Below are positions 1 through 9,615 of a DNA stretch of 64,000 nucleotides, piece by piece (position 1 is the first letter of the stretch; each line of letters begins with the position of its first letter). Source of the DNA: an uncultured Fibrobacterota bacterium. Its GTDB lineage: Bacteria > Fibrobacterota > Chitinivibrionia > Chitinivibrionales > FEN-1185. A model generated the notes under the pieces. The model did no database searches and was not told the origin of the DNA. It saw only the letters and a list, made by a program, of their open reading frames with translations. The position numbers and the translations under genes are program-made. Location: the NCBI GenBank assembly GCA_963753345.1, contig CAVWBU010000018.1:32001-96000 (forward strand), given 5' to 3'.

Positions 1-59
1 TGCCGGTTCCGAGTCCGGCTGATGCTTAGAGAAAATTTCAAATATTAATACCCATTTAT

Positions 60-465
60 GGGGGGAGGTATCCCCCTCGCTCCGGTCCGGCCCGCTCCCT
101 CAAATAATTACATAATTTCAAACGCGTGCCGGTCCTCCGCTACCCCCTCCTGGGTGCACCCCTTGACAGAGCGGTTGCAAAACCAAACACCTGTGCGGGG
201 GCACCCACGAGCAGCGGTTGAAAAAAAGCCGAACAAGTTGACGGTTGCCAGTTGACAGATAAATGCCAAGCGTATGCTGATCGGCGCAAGAAGATCAATT
301 GACAAAAGCAATTCCTGTTGCCGCGCGTTAGGGGCGACCGGAGGTCCCGCCGAAGCGGGATGCCGCCCGGACCCGGCCGCGTACCCGCGGCATAGGGCTG
401 TGGCGGCCCGAGGGCGAGCCCGAGACCGGAGGGAGAACCGACCCCGCGTAGCGGGGGAACGCCCA
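60..465 (-). repeat. Bipartite structured intergenic element, copy 1 (full)
   Basis: Reverse strand begins TGGGCGTTCCCC, contains CCCTAACGCGCGGCAACAGGAAT and GGGTGCCCCC...GGGGTGCACCCAGGAGGGGGTAGCGGAGGACC, and ends in hairpin GGGGGA-N4-TCCCCC. The same blocks recur in the other copies. Confidence 0.9.
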
Positions 466-573
466 TTTTTAATTAATTTTTATCTTCATAGTTTTGTTTG
501 CTGATTCACCCCTGTTTCTTTATATTTTGATCGTACGATGCAAGAATAACAAACTATTGAAAAGGAGACCATC

Positions 574-1719
574 ATGATTTTCAGACGATCCGGCATCGTA
601 ATTGTCGCGGCGGTCCTCGCTCTGGCGTCCGGCGCATACACGGTTAGTGCCCAGACATGGGACACGCTTCACAAATCGGAATATTCGGTGTGGGTGACGC
701 CGGATTACAACCTGGCCGCCTGCACCGCCTACGCAAACAACCTTGACTCGGTGGCAACCGAGCTCGACAAGGCGATCCCGCTCATCGTGCAGTATCTGGG
801 AATTGCGCCGCCGGAAAAGCCGCAGAGGGTCGAGATCGATTCGAACACAGCCGGCATGGGCGGTTGGTCCTCCGGCGGGGATGTCGGGTATTTTATCTCC
901 GATTTCTACGGTCGCCCGACTTTCAGCGACGGCCTCCGGTGGAAACGGGGCGTGATCATCGGCGAGGTGATCAACTCGACCACGGGCGCGGTGAGCGGCG
1001 ACTGGCCCCGCGACTGGTGGTGCGACGACGTATGGTATTTTCCGGGTTTCGTGGCCGGCGAGCTGCTCAAGCAGACCGTCGACACCGCATTCGGAAACTA
1101 CTGGCTTGCAAGCGAGAAATACCCGACGTATCCGGTATACAATATCTTCAAGGGCCTGCTCACGGAATTCGGCTGGACGTTTTACAAGAATTTTTTCGCG
1201 TCCGTTCTCGCCGACACCGTGCATTGGAACAACATCGGCGCGAACCCTTCACAGATAAAGACCGACTATGTGATCGCCTATATGAGCCTTGCCGCGGGCC
1301 GGAACCTCGGCGCGACATTCGACAGCGCAAACGTCGCTGGCGCGGATTCTGTGGAGATCGGCGCGATCATGAGCGTCGAAGAGCGGCTCCGCGTGGCGAC
1401 ATCGCAGAAACTCAAGGTCGCCACGGCATGGGCCGATTACCGCAGCGGCAACTACGCTGCGGCGAAACACATTCTGGACAGCCTGGGTGTGGCGGGAGTC
1501 CTCCATGATGGTTTTGTCAAGGACAGGGGAATATCCGGCAGAGTGCCGGTAAGCGTTATAGTGTATTCGCTGAAAGGACAGGTCCTGTATTCCGCGTCGG
1601 AAAGCAAATTCGATGGCGCGATGTTGAACAGGTTATGCGGCGGAAAGATGGTCGTCGTCAGGTATGTGTTTGATGACGGATTGACGTATAGTTCAAAGCG
1701 GTTTATCTCTAGAAATTAA
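574..1719 (+). CDS. Secreted hypothetical protein with T9SS-CTD-like C-terminus
   Basis: RBS AAGGAG, signal peptide ending VSA-Q, C-terminal VIVYSLKGQVL...SSKRFISRN. Confidence 0.8.
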   Translation: MIFRRSGIVIVAAVLALASGAYTVSAQTWDTLHKSEYSVWVTPDYNLAACTAYANNLDSVATELDKAIPLIVQYLGIAPPEKPQRVEIDSNTAGMGGWSSGGDVGYFISDFYGRPTFSDGLRWKRGVIIGEVINSTTGAVSGDWPRDWWCDDVWYFPGFVAGELLKQTVDTAFGNYWLASEKYPTYPVYNIFKGLLTEFGWTFYKNFFASVLADTVHWNNIGANPSQIKTDYVIAYMSLAAGRNLGATFDSANVAGADSVEIGAIMSVEERLRVATSQKLKVATAWADYRSGNYAAAKHILDSLGVAGVLHDGFVKDRGISGRVPVSVIVYSLKGQVLYSASESKFDGAMLNRLCGGKMVVVRYVFDDGLTYSSKRFISRN

Positions 1720-1739
1720 TGTTACAGTTATAAGAAGAA

Positions 1740-2180
1740 TTGGGCGTTCCCCTCGCTGCGTTCGGGTCGGTTCTCCTTCCGGTCTCGGCCTCCGGCCTCG
1801 GGCTGCCTGCCACGAGGGCCCTGCGGGCCGTAGTCAGGCAGCACCGCGCTTTGGCGCGGCCTCCAGTCGCCCCTAACGCGCGGCAGAGGGAATCTATTCT
1901 GTCAATTTACTGTTCTTACGCCAATCGGCATACGCTTGGAATTTACTGTCAACTGTCAACCGTCAACTTGTTCATGGTTTTCTTCTCAACTATTCAACGT
2001 TTCAACGCTTTTTCTTCTCAACCGCTCTCCCTGGGTGCCGCCACAACAATGCAGGGTCTCGCAGCTGCTTTGTCAAGGCGGCTACCCGAGAGGGGGGTAG
2101 CGGAGGACCGGTCGCGCATAATCACAAAGCCGGTTTGTAAAGTTGCGCGACCGGGCCGCAGCGAGGGGGAAACTTCCCCC
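1740..2180 (+). repeat. Bipartite structured intergenic element, copy 2 (full)
   Basis: Module X 1740-1880 (TTGGGCGTTCCCC...CCCTAACGCG), linker GGAATCTATTCTGTCAA, TCAAC-rich spacer, module Y 2033-2180 ending GCGAGGGGGAAACTTCCCCC. Confidence 0.9.
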
Positions 2181-2212
2181 ACTTTGAAGTATTTAAATTC
2201 TTTTTCGATACT

Positions 2213-3397
2213 TTATTTCGGAATTGCATTCTTAATATCCTCGATCAGGTCCTCCGTGTTCTCCACGCCGAGCGCGAGCCGGATAAGCCCGTCTTTTATG
2301 CCCACGGCCAGGCGCTCCTTGCGCGTGTAGTCGTAGTAGCTTATCGAGGCCGGATGGGTGATGAGCGATTCGACCCCGCCGAGGCTTGGGCCGATGTTGA
2401 TGATCTGCAGCGCGGACAGAAATTTGTGCACGTACTGCACGTTGTCCCTGACTTCAAAGGTGACCACGCCGCCAAAGCCCTTCATCTGGCGCATTGCCAC
2501 GTCGTGGTGCGGATGGCTTGCAAGGCCGGGATAATACACGCGCCGGATTGCCGGGTGGGCTTCGAGGAATTCGGCGACCGCCTGGCCGTTTTCGTTGTGG
2601 CGCTTCATGCGCAGCTCAAAGGTCTTGAGCCCGCGGATGAGGAGGTACGAGGAATGCGGATCGATCACGCCGCCGGTCACCTTGAGGTAATCCCGAATGG
2701 GCGAGGTGAGTTCCTTTTTGCCAAGCACCACGCCGGCAAGAAGGTCGTTGTGCCCGCCCAGGTACTTGGTGGCGCTGTGGATCACGAGGTGCACGCCGAA
2801 ATCGAGCGGCCGCTGGTTGTAGGGCGTTGCGAACGTGCTGTCCGAAATCACCATGATGTCCGGCCGCGACGAAAAAATGGTCATGAGCCGTTCGAGGTCC
2901 ATGATGTTGAGATACGGATTGGTGGGCGACTCGGACAGAAAAATGCGGGTGTTCTTCCGTATCGCGCGCTTGATCGCGTCGTAATCGCACATTTTGACCA
3001 CGGTGCAGGCGATGTCGAACTTGATAAGCCTGGTCTTGCAGAAATCGAACGTCCGCTTGTAGGCGTCGTCGGTGACGATCATATGATCGCCGGCGTTGAG
3101 CAGCGCGAACAGCGACGTGGTGAGAGCGCTCATGCCCGAGGAGAAAAGGACCGCGTCCTCCGCGGCTTCGAGCGCAGCCAGCTTTCCTTCCGCGGCATAT
3201 TGCGTGGGATGGCCGTACCGGCCGTATTCGTAGCGGGTCTTCGCGCCTTGGGCAAGCTCCCGGATTTCCTTGGTGTTCTTGAAAATAAACGTGGAGCTCT
3301 GCACGATGGGCGTGGTGATGGCGCCGTACTCGTTGTACCGGACCTCTCCGGCATGCACGGCAAGCGTCGAAAGACCCATGCTTTTCTTCTTGGACAT
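2213..3397 (-). CDS. PLP-dependent trans-sulfuration enzyme (cystathionine gamma-synthase/lyase family)
   Basis: YGRYGHPT, SSGMSA, ESPTNP, DSTFATP, PLP-lysine motif HSATKYLGGHND, SLGGVESL. Confidence 0.93.
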   Translation of the reverse strand: MSKKKSMGLSTLAVHAGEVRYNEYGAITTPIVQSSTFIFKNTKEIRELAQGAKTRYEYGRYGHPTQYAAEGKLAALEAAEDAVLFSSGMSALTTSLFALLNAGDHMIVTDDAYKRTFDFCKTRLIKFDIACTVVKMCDYDAIKRAIRKNTRIFLSESPTNPYLNIMDLERLMTIFSSRPDIMVISDSTFATPYNQRPLDFGVHLVIHSATKYLGGHNDLLAGVVLGKKELTSPIRDYLKVTGGVIDPHSSYLLIRGLKTFELRMKRHNENGQAVAEFLEAHPAIRRVYYPGLASHPHHDVAMRQMKGFGGVVTFEVRDNVQYVHKFLSALQIINIGPSLGGVESLITHPASISYYDYTRKERLAVGIKDGLIRLALGVENTEDLIEDIKNAIPK

Positions 3398-3475
3398 ACT
3401 GTTGCTCCGATGATGAGAAAGGTTTTCGCGATTATTGACAAAAGCGATGCTGATTGTCGGCCATTTGCAAACCCG

Positions 3476-3820
3476 CTATCCCGGCGGCCATCCCAGTTCG
3501 CGTCCCGCAAGGATATGCGCGTGCAGGTGCGGCACGAGCTGGCCCGCGTGCTCGCCCGCATTGATCACAAGGCGGTAGCCGTTTTTCGCCAGTCCCTGGC
3601 CCGAAACCGTCTTCGCGATTGCTTCAAAAAAGTTCTTCATAACGTCCATCTTCTGCGCCGGAATGTCCTGCACGGTCGGGAAATGCTCCTTTGGTATCGC
3701 CACGAGGTGCACCGGCGCCGCGGGGTTGATGTCCTTAAAGACAAGCGTGCTTTCGTCTTCGTACACTTTTGATGATGGGATTTGTCCGGATACTATTTTA
3801 CAAAAAATGCAATCTGACAT
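3476..3820 (-). CDS. hinT: Histidine triad (HIT) nucleotide-binding protein
   Basis: CIFCKI N-terminus, FKDINP, GQLVPHLHAHIL triad; start moved to ATG 3820 downstream of a GGAG RBS. Confidence 0.92.
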   Translation of the reverse strand: MSDCIFCKIVSGQIPSSKVYEDESTLVFKDINPAAPVHLVAIPKEHFPTVQDIPAQKMDVMKNFFEAIAKTVSGQGLAKNGYRLVINAGEHAGQLVPHLHAHILAGRELGWPPG

Positions 3821-3853
3821 TTTCAATTCTCCTTTTTAAATAATCAAAAAAGA

Positions 3854-4510
3854 TTGGGCGTTCCCCTCGCTCCGCTCGGGTCGGTCTCCCTGCGGGCTCG
3901 GCTGTTCGCCTCGTTGCCGGACCGCCCTATGCCTGTCGGCCGGGTCGGCCGGCAATTCGCTCCTGCTCACCCTCCGGTCCACCTAACGCGCGGCAACAGG
4001 AATCTATTCTGTCAACCTCATCTTTACGCCAATTGGCATTCGCAGAACTGTCGCCTCACCCCGGCCGCTGTTGCGGCCACCCCTCTCCCTACAAAATAAG
4101 ATTCTATATTTTCTCCCTCTCCCCGTGGGAGAGGGCGGGGTGAGGTTGGAGAGGGGTAACGTGCATTGTTCTCTTCATATTCCCGGGGCGTTGCCCCGGG
4201 CTATAAATATTGCGCCACGATGTGGCTGAAAAACAAGAATGATACATGAAAGATGGAATACAGAATTCCACCGTTGCCGATTGTCTACTGCGCTTTGCTG
4301 GTTTTCAACTTCTCAACTACTCAACTTTCTCAACTATTCTCCGTGGGTGCCCCCACACAGGTGCTTGGTTTTGCAACCGCTCCCTCAAGGGGTGCACCCA
4401 GGAGGGGGTGTGGGCCCGGACAACCGGCGTGCTTTCTGTTCTCAGGACGAATGACTATTCGCCAAAATCAACACGCCGGTTGGCTGGGCCCCAGGGGGAT
4501 ACCTCCCCCC
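3854..4510 (+). repeat. Bipartite structured intergenic element, copy 3 (full, with nested REP-like palindromes)
   Basis: TTGGGCGTTCCCCTCGCTCCG...CACCTAACGCG at the start, GGGGGATACCTCCCCC at the end; nested CCCTCTCCCCGTGGGAGAGGG and CCCGGGGCGTTGCCCCGGG palindromes. Confidence 0.9.
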
Positions 4511-4557
4511 ATATATAATGTCTTAATTATATAATATAAATTGTATTTTCTAACCAA

Positions 4558-5037
4558 ATGAAAACCCCTTCAGACCCGAAGCCCATAAAGGTCCTTGCCC
4601 AGAACCGCAAGGCGTTTCACGACTTCGAAATCCTTGAAAAAGTCGAGGCAGGCATTGCGCTGCTCGGCGCCGAGGTGAAGTCGCTGCGCGAGGGCGGGAT
4701 CTCGCTTGCCGACTGCTTTGCCACGTGCGAAAACGGCGAGCTGTTCGTGCATCACCTGCACATAAGCCCCTATCAGCAGAAGGGGTTCAGCGTCGCCGAA
4801 CCGTACCGGAAACGCAAGCTGCTGCTTCACAAGAGCCAGATCGTGCGGCTGGCCCTGGACGTGGAAAGAAAACATCTTACGATAATACCGCTTAAGGTAT
4901 ATTTTGATAAACAATGGGTCAAAATGGAACTCGGGCTGTGCCGCGGCATGAAAAAGTTTGACAAACGTGAAAAAATCGCAGCCGAGGAATCCAAGAGGCG
5001 TCTTGCCCAGCTCATGAGGACCCGCGGAAAACGGTGA
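4558..5037 (+). CDS. smpB: SsrA-binding protein SmpB
   Basis: NRKAFHDF, EAGIALLGAEVKSLR, RKRKLLLHK, GMKKFDKRE. Confidence 0.97.
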   Translation: MKTPSDPKPIKVLAQNRKAFHDFEILEKVEAGIALLGAEVKSLREGGISLADCFATCENGELFVHHLHISPYQQKGFSVAEPYRKRKLLLHKSQIVRLALDVERKHLTIIPLKVYFDKQWVKMELGLCRGMKKFDKREKIAAEESKRRLAQLMRTRGKR

Positions 5038-6311
5038 TCTTGGCTCCACACAAGCATAAACGCTTTGCCGCCGGCTCCCTTGCGGGAGCAGGCGTTTTTG
5101 TCATCATCATGGCATTCTGCGCAATTGCGGCCGGCCCGCGGCTTGTCAACGAACTGTCCGGCAAGGAGCGGCCCCTCGCCGTTGTCGCCCGCAACGGGAC
5201 CGCGTGCGTGTCGCTCACCGACGTCTGCGACGGTCTCGGGCTCGCCTGGAAATGGGACTTTAGCGCGGAAAAGCTCACGTGCTCGGCAAAGGGGCTGCGG
5301 CTCGCCTTTGTCCAGGGCATGCCGTTCTATCTTGTCAACGATACGCTCCGCCAGATGCCCGCCGAACCCGTCCGCGTCGGCGGCCTGCTCTATGCGCCCG
5401 CCGTGATGCTGGCCTCGGTCTTTTCCCGTGCAACCGGCGATTCCCTGCTCTGGCGCGAGGAGGATTCGGCCATGGTCGTGTCGGCCCGCGTCGCGGGCCC
5501 GGCCGCGGAAAAGCCTCCTGCCGATACCGCCAAGGTCGCAAAGGCCCGCGACACTTTGGCGCGGCCGCATGACACGGTCACCCGGTCGAAACAGCCGCAG
5601 CAGGAGGTGGTGAGGACCATCGTGATCGATCCGGGGCATGGCGGCATGGACCCGGGCGCGATAGGCCAGAATGGCATCGAAGAAAAGAAAGTGGTGCTCG
5701 ACATCGCGCTTGCGCTGCGCGATCTGTTCAAAAAGAAGACAAAGCTTACCGTGTATCTCACCCGCGATGCCGACCGGTTTGTTCCCCTGGTGGACCGCAC
5801 GAAGTTTGCAAACGAGAAGAAGGCCGACATCTTCGTGAGCATACACGCGAACAGCATCGAGGGGAACAAGAAGAAGAAGGACGGAACGCGCGGCTACAAG
5901 GTGTATTTTCTTTCCGAGGCGAAAAACGAGGAAGACAAACTGGCGGCCATGCGGGAAAACGCGGTGATCGAGCTGGAAGACAAGACGCATAAGTACGACA
6001 ACCTGCAGGATATCCTGATTCAAATGGCGGGAAACGAGTTTCTTCGCGAGAGCCAGGATTTTTCAATCATGCTCACCGAGACGTTCTCCTCATGCCTCAA
6101 GAGCATTCCGCGTCTGCACCTGGGGATCGGGCAAGCGAACTTCTGGGTGCTCAACGGAACCTACATGCCGTCGGTGCTCGTGGAAGTCGGATTCATCTCC
6201 AACCCGCAGGAAGAAAAGGACCTTAACGATCCTCCGGTGCAGAAATCCATTGCGTCGGGCATTTTCGAGGCGGTGATGAACTTCAAGAAGAAATACGAGG
6301 AAGGCCAATGA
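5034..6311 (+). CDS. N-acetylmuramoyl-L-alanine amidase (Amidase_3)
   Basis: IVIDPGHGGMDPGA, FVSIHANS, PSVLVEVGFISN; GTG start overlaps the smpB stop. Confidence 0.93.
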   Translation: MILAPHKHKRFAAGSLAGAGVFVIIMAFCAIAAGPRLVNELSGKERPLAVVARNGTACVSLTDVCDGLGLAWKWDFSAEKLTCSAKGLRLAFVQGMPFYLVNDTLRQMPAEPVRVGGLLYAPAVMLASVFSRATGDSLLWREEDSAMVVSARVAGPAAEKPPADTAKVAKARDTLARPHDTVTRSKQPQQEVVRTIVIDPGHGGMDPGAIGQNGIEEKKVVLDIALALRDLFKKKTKLTVYLTRDADRFVPLVDRTKFANEKKADIFVSIHANSIEGNKKKKDGTRGYKVYFLSEAKNEEDKLAAMRENAVIELEDKTHKYDNLQDILIQMAGNEFLRESQDFSIMLTETFSSCLKSIPRLHLGIGQANFWVLNGTYMPSVLVEVGFISNPQEEKDLNDPPVQKSIASGIFEAVMNFKKKYEEGQ

Positions 6312-7138
6312 GCGACCCGAGGCCCATCGGCATGTTCGATTCCGGGCTCGGCGGGCTTACGGTGGCACGCGAGGTGTTCCGGTGCATGCCCGGCGAATCG
6401 GTGCTGTACCTCGGCGATACCGCGCGCTGCCCGTACGGCGGCCGCTCCGAAGAAACCATACGCACCTTCGGCATCCAGGATGCCCGTTTCCTCATGGAGC
6501 AGGATATCAAGATGCTCATTGTCGCGTGCAACACCGTGTCGTCGGTGGCGCTCGATTATATACGCGAGGAGATCAACGAGATCCCCGTGGTGGGCGTGGT
6601 GCTTCCGGGAGCGCGCGCGGCCGTCAAGCGCACCACGCGCAGGAAAATAGGAGTCGTGGGAACGGCGGCCACCATCGGAACCGGATCGTACGAGAAGGCG
6701 ATCCATGCCATAGACCCGGATATCAAGACCTATGCCAAGGCCTGTCCGCTGTTCGTGCCGCTGGTCGAGGAAGGATTGCTCGACGCGGACATCACGAAAC
6801 TGGCGGCGCAGCGCTATCTTGCCGATCTTGTCGCAATGGGAATCGACTGCCTGATCCTCGGCTGCACGCATTACCCGCTGCTCCTCGAAACCATCCAGAG
6901 CGCGGTGGGCGGGAGCATCCAGCTGCTCGACAGCGCGCTGTGGGCGGCGCGCGAGGCGCGCGACATCCTGTTCGCCATGCAGGGGCTTAGCGACGGGCGT
7001 GAGGGCGGCATGGCGCATAGCCGCTTTTTTGTGACCGACGTAACGCCGCAGTTCGCGCAGAGCGCGGCGAGGTTTCTGGGTGCGCCGCTGCCGGCCATGG
7101 AAAAAATAGAGCTCGAACAGTTGACAAAAACGATATAA
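6308..7138 (+). CDS. murI: Glutamate racemase
   Basis: FDSGLGGLTV, PYGGRS, VACNT, LGCTHYP. Confidence 0.97.
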   Translation: MSDPRPIGMFDSGLGGLTVAREVFRCMPGESVLYLGDTARCPYGGRSEETIRTFGIQDARFLMEQDIKMLIVACNTVSSVALDYIREEINEIPVVGVVLPGARAAVKRTTRRKIGVVGTAATIGTGSYEKAIHAIDPDIKTYAKACPLFVPLVEEGLLDADITKLAAQRYLADLVAMGIDCLILGCTHYPLLLETIQSAVGGSIQLLDSALWAAREARDILFAMQGLSDGREGGMAHSRFFVTDVTPQFAQSAARFLGAPLPAMEKIELEQLTKTI

Positions 7139-7156
7139 CATCCGCAAGGAGGAACC

Positions 7157-7909
7157 ATGTCTGGTCATTCCAAATGGGCCAAAATCAAAAGGTCCAAGGG
7201 AAACGCGGACGCTGCAAGAGGCAAGATCTTCAGCCGTCTGATCCGTGAAATCACCATTGCCGCGCGCATGGGCGGCGGCAACCCGGACGGAAACCCGCGT
7301 CTCCGCTCCGCAATCGCCTCGGCCCGCACGGCGAACATGCCCAACAAGAACGTGGAAAACGCGATCGCCAAGGGCACGGGAACGCTCGACGGCGTCATGT
7401 ATGAAGAGTTCACCCTCGAAGGGTACGCGCCGGGCGGCGTCGCCGTGCTTGTCGAATGCATGTCGGACAACCGCAACCGTACCGTTTCCGAAGTCCGCCA
7501 CGCCATGACCATGGGCGGCGGCAACCTGGCGGCGGTGAACTCCGTTTCGTGGATGTTCAAACCCCAGGGCGTCATCCTGATTGACACAAAGGCCAAGGAC
7601 GAGGACACCCTCATGGAAGTGGTGCTCAATGCCGGCGCCGACGACATGGCGCTTGACGGCGACGAATACGAGATCACCACGCGGATCGAGGCGTTCGAAA
7701 ACGTGCGCGCGGCGCTGGAAAAGGCCGGCATCACGCCCATCAGCGCGGAACTCACCAAGGTGCCGGACAACATGGTGAAGCTCGACGAGGACAAGGCGAT
7801 CAAGGTGCTCCGCCTCATCGACGAGCTCGACGAGCTCGACGACGCCCAGCACGTCTACAGCAATCTTGACGTGAGTGAAGAAGTGCTCGAAAAATATGCT
7901 AAGGCGTAA
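7157..7909 (+). CDS. yebC: YebC/PmpR family protein
   Basis: MSGHSKWAKIK, NPRLR, EGYAPGGVA, DNRNRT; upstream of ruvC as usual. Confidence 0.96.
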   Translation: MSGHSKWAKIKRSKGNADAARGKIFSRLIREITIAARMGGGNPDGNPRLRSAIASARTANMPNKNVENAIAKGTGTLDGVMYEEFTLEGYAPGGVAVLVECMSDNRNRTVSEVRHAMTMGGGNLAAVNSVSWMFKPQGVILIDTKAKDEDTLMEVVLNAGADDMALDGDEYEITTRIEAFENVRAALEKAGITPISAELTKVPDNMVKLDEDKAIKVLRLIDELDELDDAQHVYSNLDVSEEVLEKYAKA

Positions 7910-7924
7910 TTGAAAAATAATGGT

Positions 7925-8406
7925 GGGGGAGGTTTCCCCCTCGCTCCGGCCCGACACGCACCTTTATATTTCGATGAATTGTCTTATGCGTGTCGGTCCT
8001 CCGCTACCCCCTCCTGGGTGCACCCCTTGAGGGAGTAGTTGCAAAACCAAACACCTATGTGGGGGCACCCGAGGAGAGCGGCTGTACCGAGCACTTTCTT
8101 TACTTTGTGTCTTTGTCACTTCTTGCTATGCGGCGGCACCCACGAGCGATAGTTGGAGGGGGCAGTAGTATGTCCATGCCCCTCTCCAATAGGAGAGGGG
8201 ACGGGGGTGAGGTTGGTCGGACTTGGCGCGAGAAGATTAAATTGACAGAATAGATTCCCTATGCCGCGCGCCAGGCCGGACTGGAAGGTGAGCCATAGCG
8301 AATTGCCGCCTGATCCTTCGCCGTAGGCGACTAGGGACAGGCGGCAACGAGGCCATAGGCCGAGCCTGGAAGGAGGGCCGCCGCCGCGAAGCGGCGGGGC
8401 GCCCAA
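7925..8406 (-). repeat. Bipartite structured intergenic element, copy 4 (full)
   Basis: Plus strand GGGGGAGGTTTCCCCCTCGCTCCG...GGTCCTCCGCTACCCCCTCCTGGGTGCACCCC...TTGACAGAATAGATTCC...GGGGCGCCCAA. Confidence 0.88.
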
Positions 8407-8462
8407 CTCTTATTTTATCTTGTCAAGATGGGAAACGCCCAGCTTTCTTTCCAAATTTTATT

Positions 8463-8960
8463 ATGATAATCATTGGAATCGACCCCGGAACAGCATACAC
8501 CGGTTACGGCGTGATCGAGGCCGAGGCCAACGCAGTGTCCTATGTCGACTGCGGGGTGATCCACATGAGCGCCAAGCTTGACATGCCGGAAAAGCTGGCC
8601 GGGATCTATAGCGGGCTCACCGCCATCATGAAGCGGTACGCGCCGGCGCGCGCGGCGGTCGAGGAGGCGTTCTACGCCAAGAACGTGCACACCACGCTCG
8701 TGCTCGGCCAAGCCCGCGGCGTGGCGCTCCTTGCGGCGCAGCAGTCGGGCGCCGAGGTCGCCGAGTATTCGCCGAGGGAGATAAAGAAACTGGTGACAGG
8801 CAACGGCAACGCCGCGAAAAACCAGGTGGAATACATGGTAAAGATGCTTCTGCGCGTGCCGCAAACGCAGTGCCACGCCGACGCGTTCGACGCGCTGGCC
8901 GCCGCGCTGTGCGATTTCCGCAGCCGGGCCGCCAGGACGCTTGCTGCATTGAGGCGGTGA
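8463..8960 (+). CDS. ruvC: Holliday junction resolvase RuvC
   Basis: IIGIDPGTAYTGYG, VEEAF, LGQARGV, GNGNAAKNQV, DAFDALA. Confidence 0.96.
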   Translation: MIIIGIDPGTAYTGYGVIEAEANAVSYVDCGVIHMSAKLDMPEKLAGIYSGLTAIMKRYAPARAAVEEAFYAKNVHTTLVLGQARGVALLAAQQSGAEVAEYSPREIKKLVTGNGNAAKNQVEYMVKMLLRVPQTQCHADAFDALAAALCDFRSRAARTLAALRR

Positions 8961-8963
8961 CGC

Positions 8964-9569
8964 ATGTTCGATTATGTCAAGGGCATTCTGGCCGAGAAGT
9001 CCGTGGCCGGCGCCGTGGTGGAGACCGCGGGCGTGGGCTACGAACTGTCAATTCCCCTGTCGACGTTCGAGGCGCTCGGCGCGGAAGGCTCGCCGGTTAA
9101 GCTCTTTACGCACCACTATGTGCGCGAAGACGCGGAGAAGCTGTATGGGTTCTCGTCGAAGGCAGAGCGGGAAATCTTCCGCCAGCTCATCGCCATAAGC
9201 AACATAGGTCCCAAGACCGCCATAAGCATTTTATCCGGCGTCTCGCCGCAGGAGCTTGTCTCATGCGTCAACAGGGGCGACACGACACGGCTCCGCAAGA
9301 TCCCGGGCGTTGGCGACAAGACCGCGTCGCGGCTCATTATGGAGCTCAAGGGCAGGCTCGGAGCGGCCGCCGTAGCAGCGCCGCAGGCCGGCCCTCACGG
9401 CGAGGCGGTTGACAAAGGGGCAGGCGAACGGGGCCAGGCGTTCGACGCCATGGTGTCGCTGGGCTACACCGACAAGCAGGTGCAGGCTGCCCTGGCAAGA
9501 GTGGAATCCGTGATCGAGGCGGGCGCGCCGGTTGAGGAATGGATCAAGAAGGCGCTGCAGGTGATATGA
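8964..9569 (+). CDS. ruvA: Holliday junction branch migration protein RuvA
   Basis: GVGYEL, VREDAEKLYGF, two HhH motifs (IGPKTA, PGVGDKTA). Confidence 0.96.
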   Translation: MFDYVKGILAEKSVAGAVVETAGVGYELSIPLSTFEALGAEGSPVKLFTHHYVREDAEKLYGFSSKAEREIFRQLIAISNIGPKTAISILSGVSPQELVSCVNRGDTTRLRKIPGVGDKTASRLIMELKGRLGAAAVAAPQAGPHGEAVDKGAGERGQAFDAMVSLGYTDKQVQAALARVESVIEAGAPVEEWIKKALQVI

Positions 9570-9575
9570 CAAGAG

Positions 9576-9604
9576 GTTGACAGTTTGCAGTTGACGGTTG
9601 ACAG
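9576..9604 (+). repeat. Degenerate heptamer tandem repeat (GTTGACA-like)
   Basis: GTTGACA GTTTGCA GTTGACG GTTGACA between ruvA and ruvB. Confidence 0.7.
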
Positions 9605-9615
9605 TGGAACATAGC

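Noticed and set aside
60-465. Group II intron fragments as the identity of the element
   Set aside because: No GTGCG 5' end and no recognisable domain V/VI.
1740-2330. Recurrent MGVPL.. ORFs (also at 140, 3854, 8116, 32940, 46305)
   Set aside because: They arise from TTG at the element end; lengths and frames are not conserved between copies.
2354-3772. Long antisense ORFs (also 4827-6023, 6161-7957, 30334-31821, 33951-36266)
   Set aside because: Shadow frames of high-GC3 genes that have clear family motifs on the other strand.
3854-4557. tmRNA next to smpB
   Set aside because: No tRNA-Ala-like ends or tag ORF; the sequence is a copy of the dispersed element.
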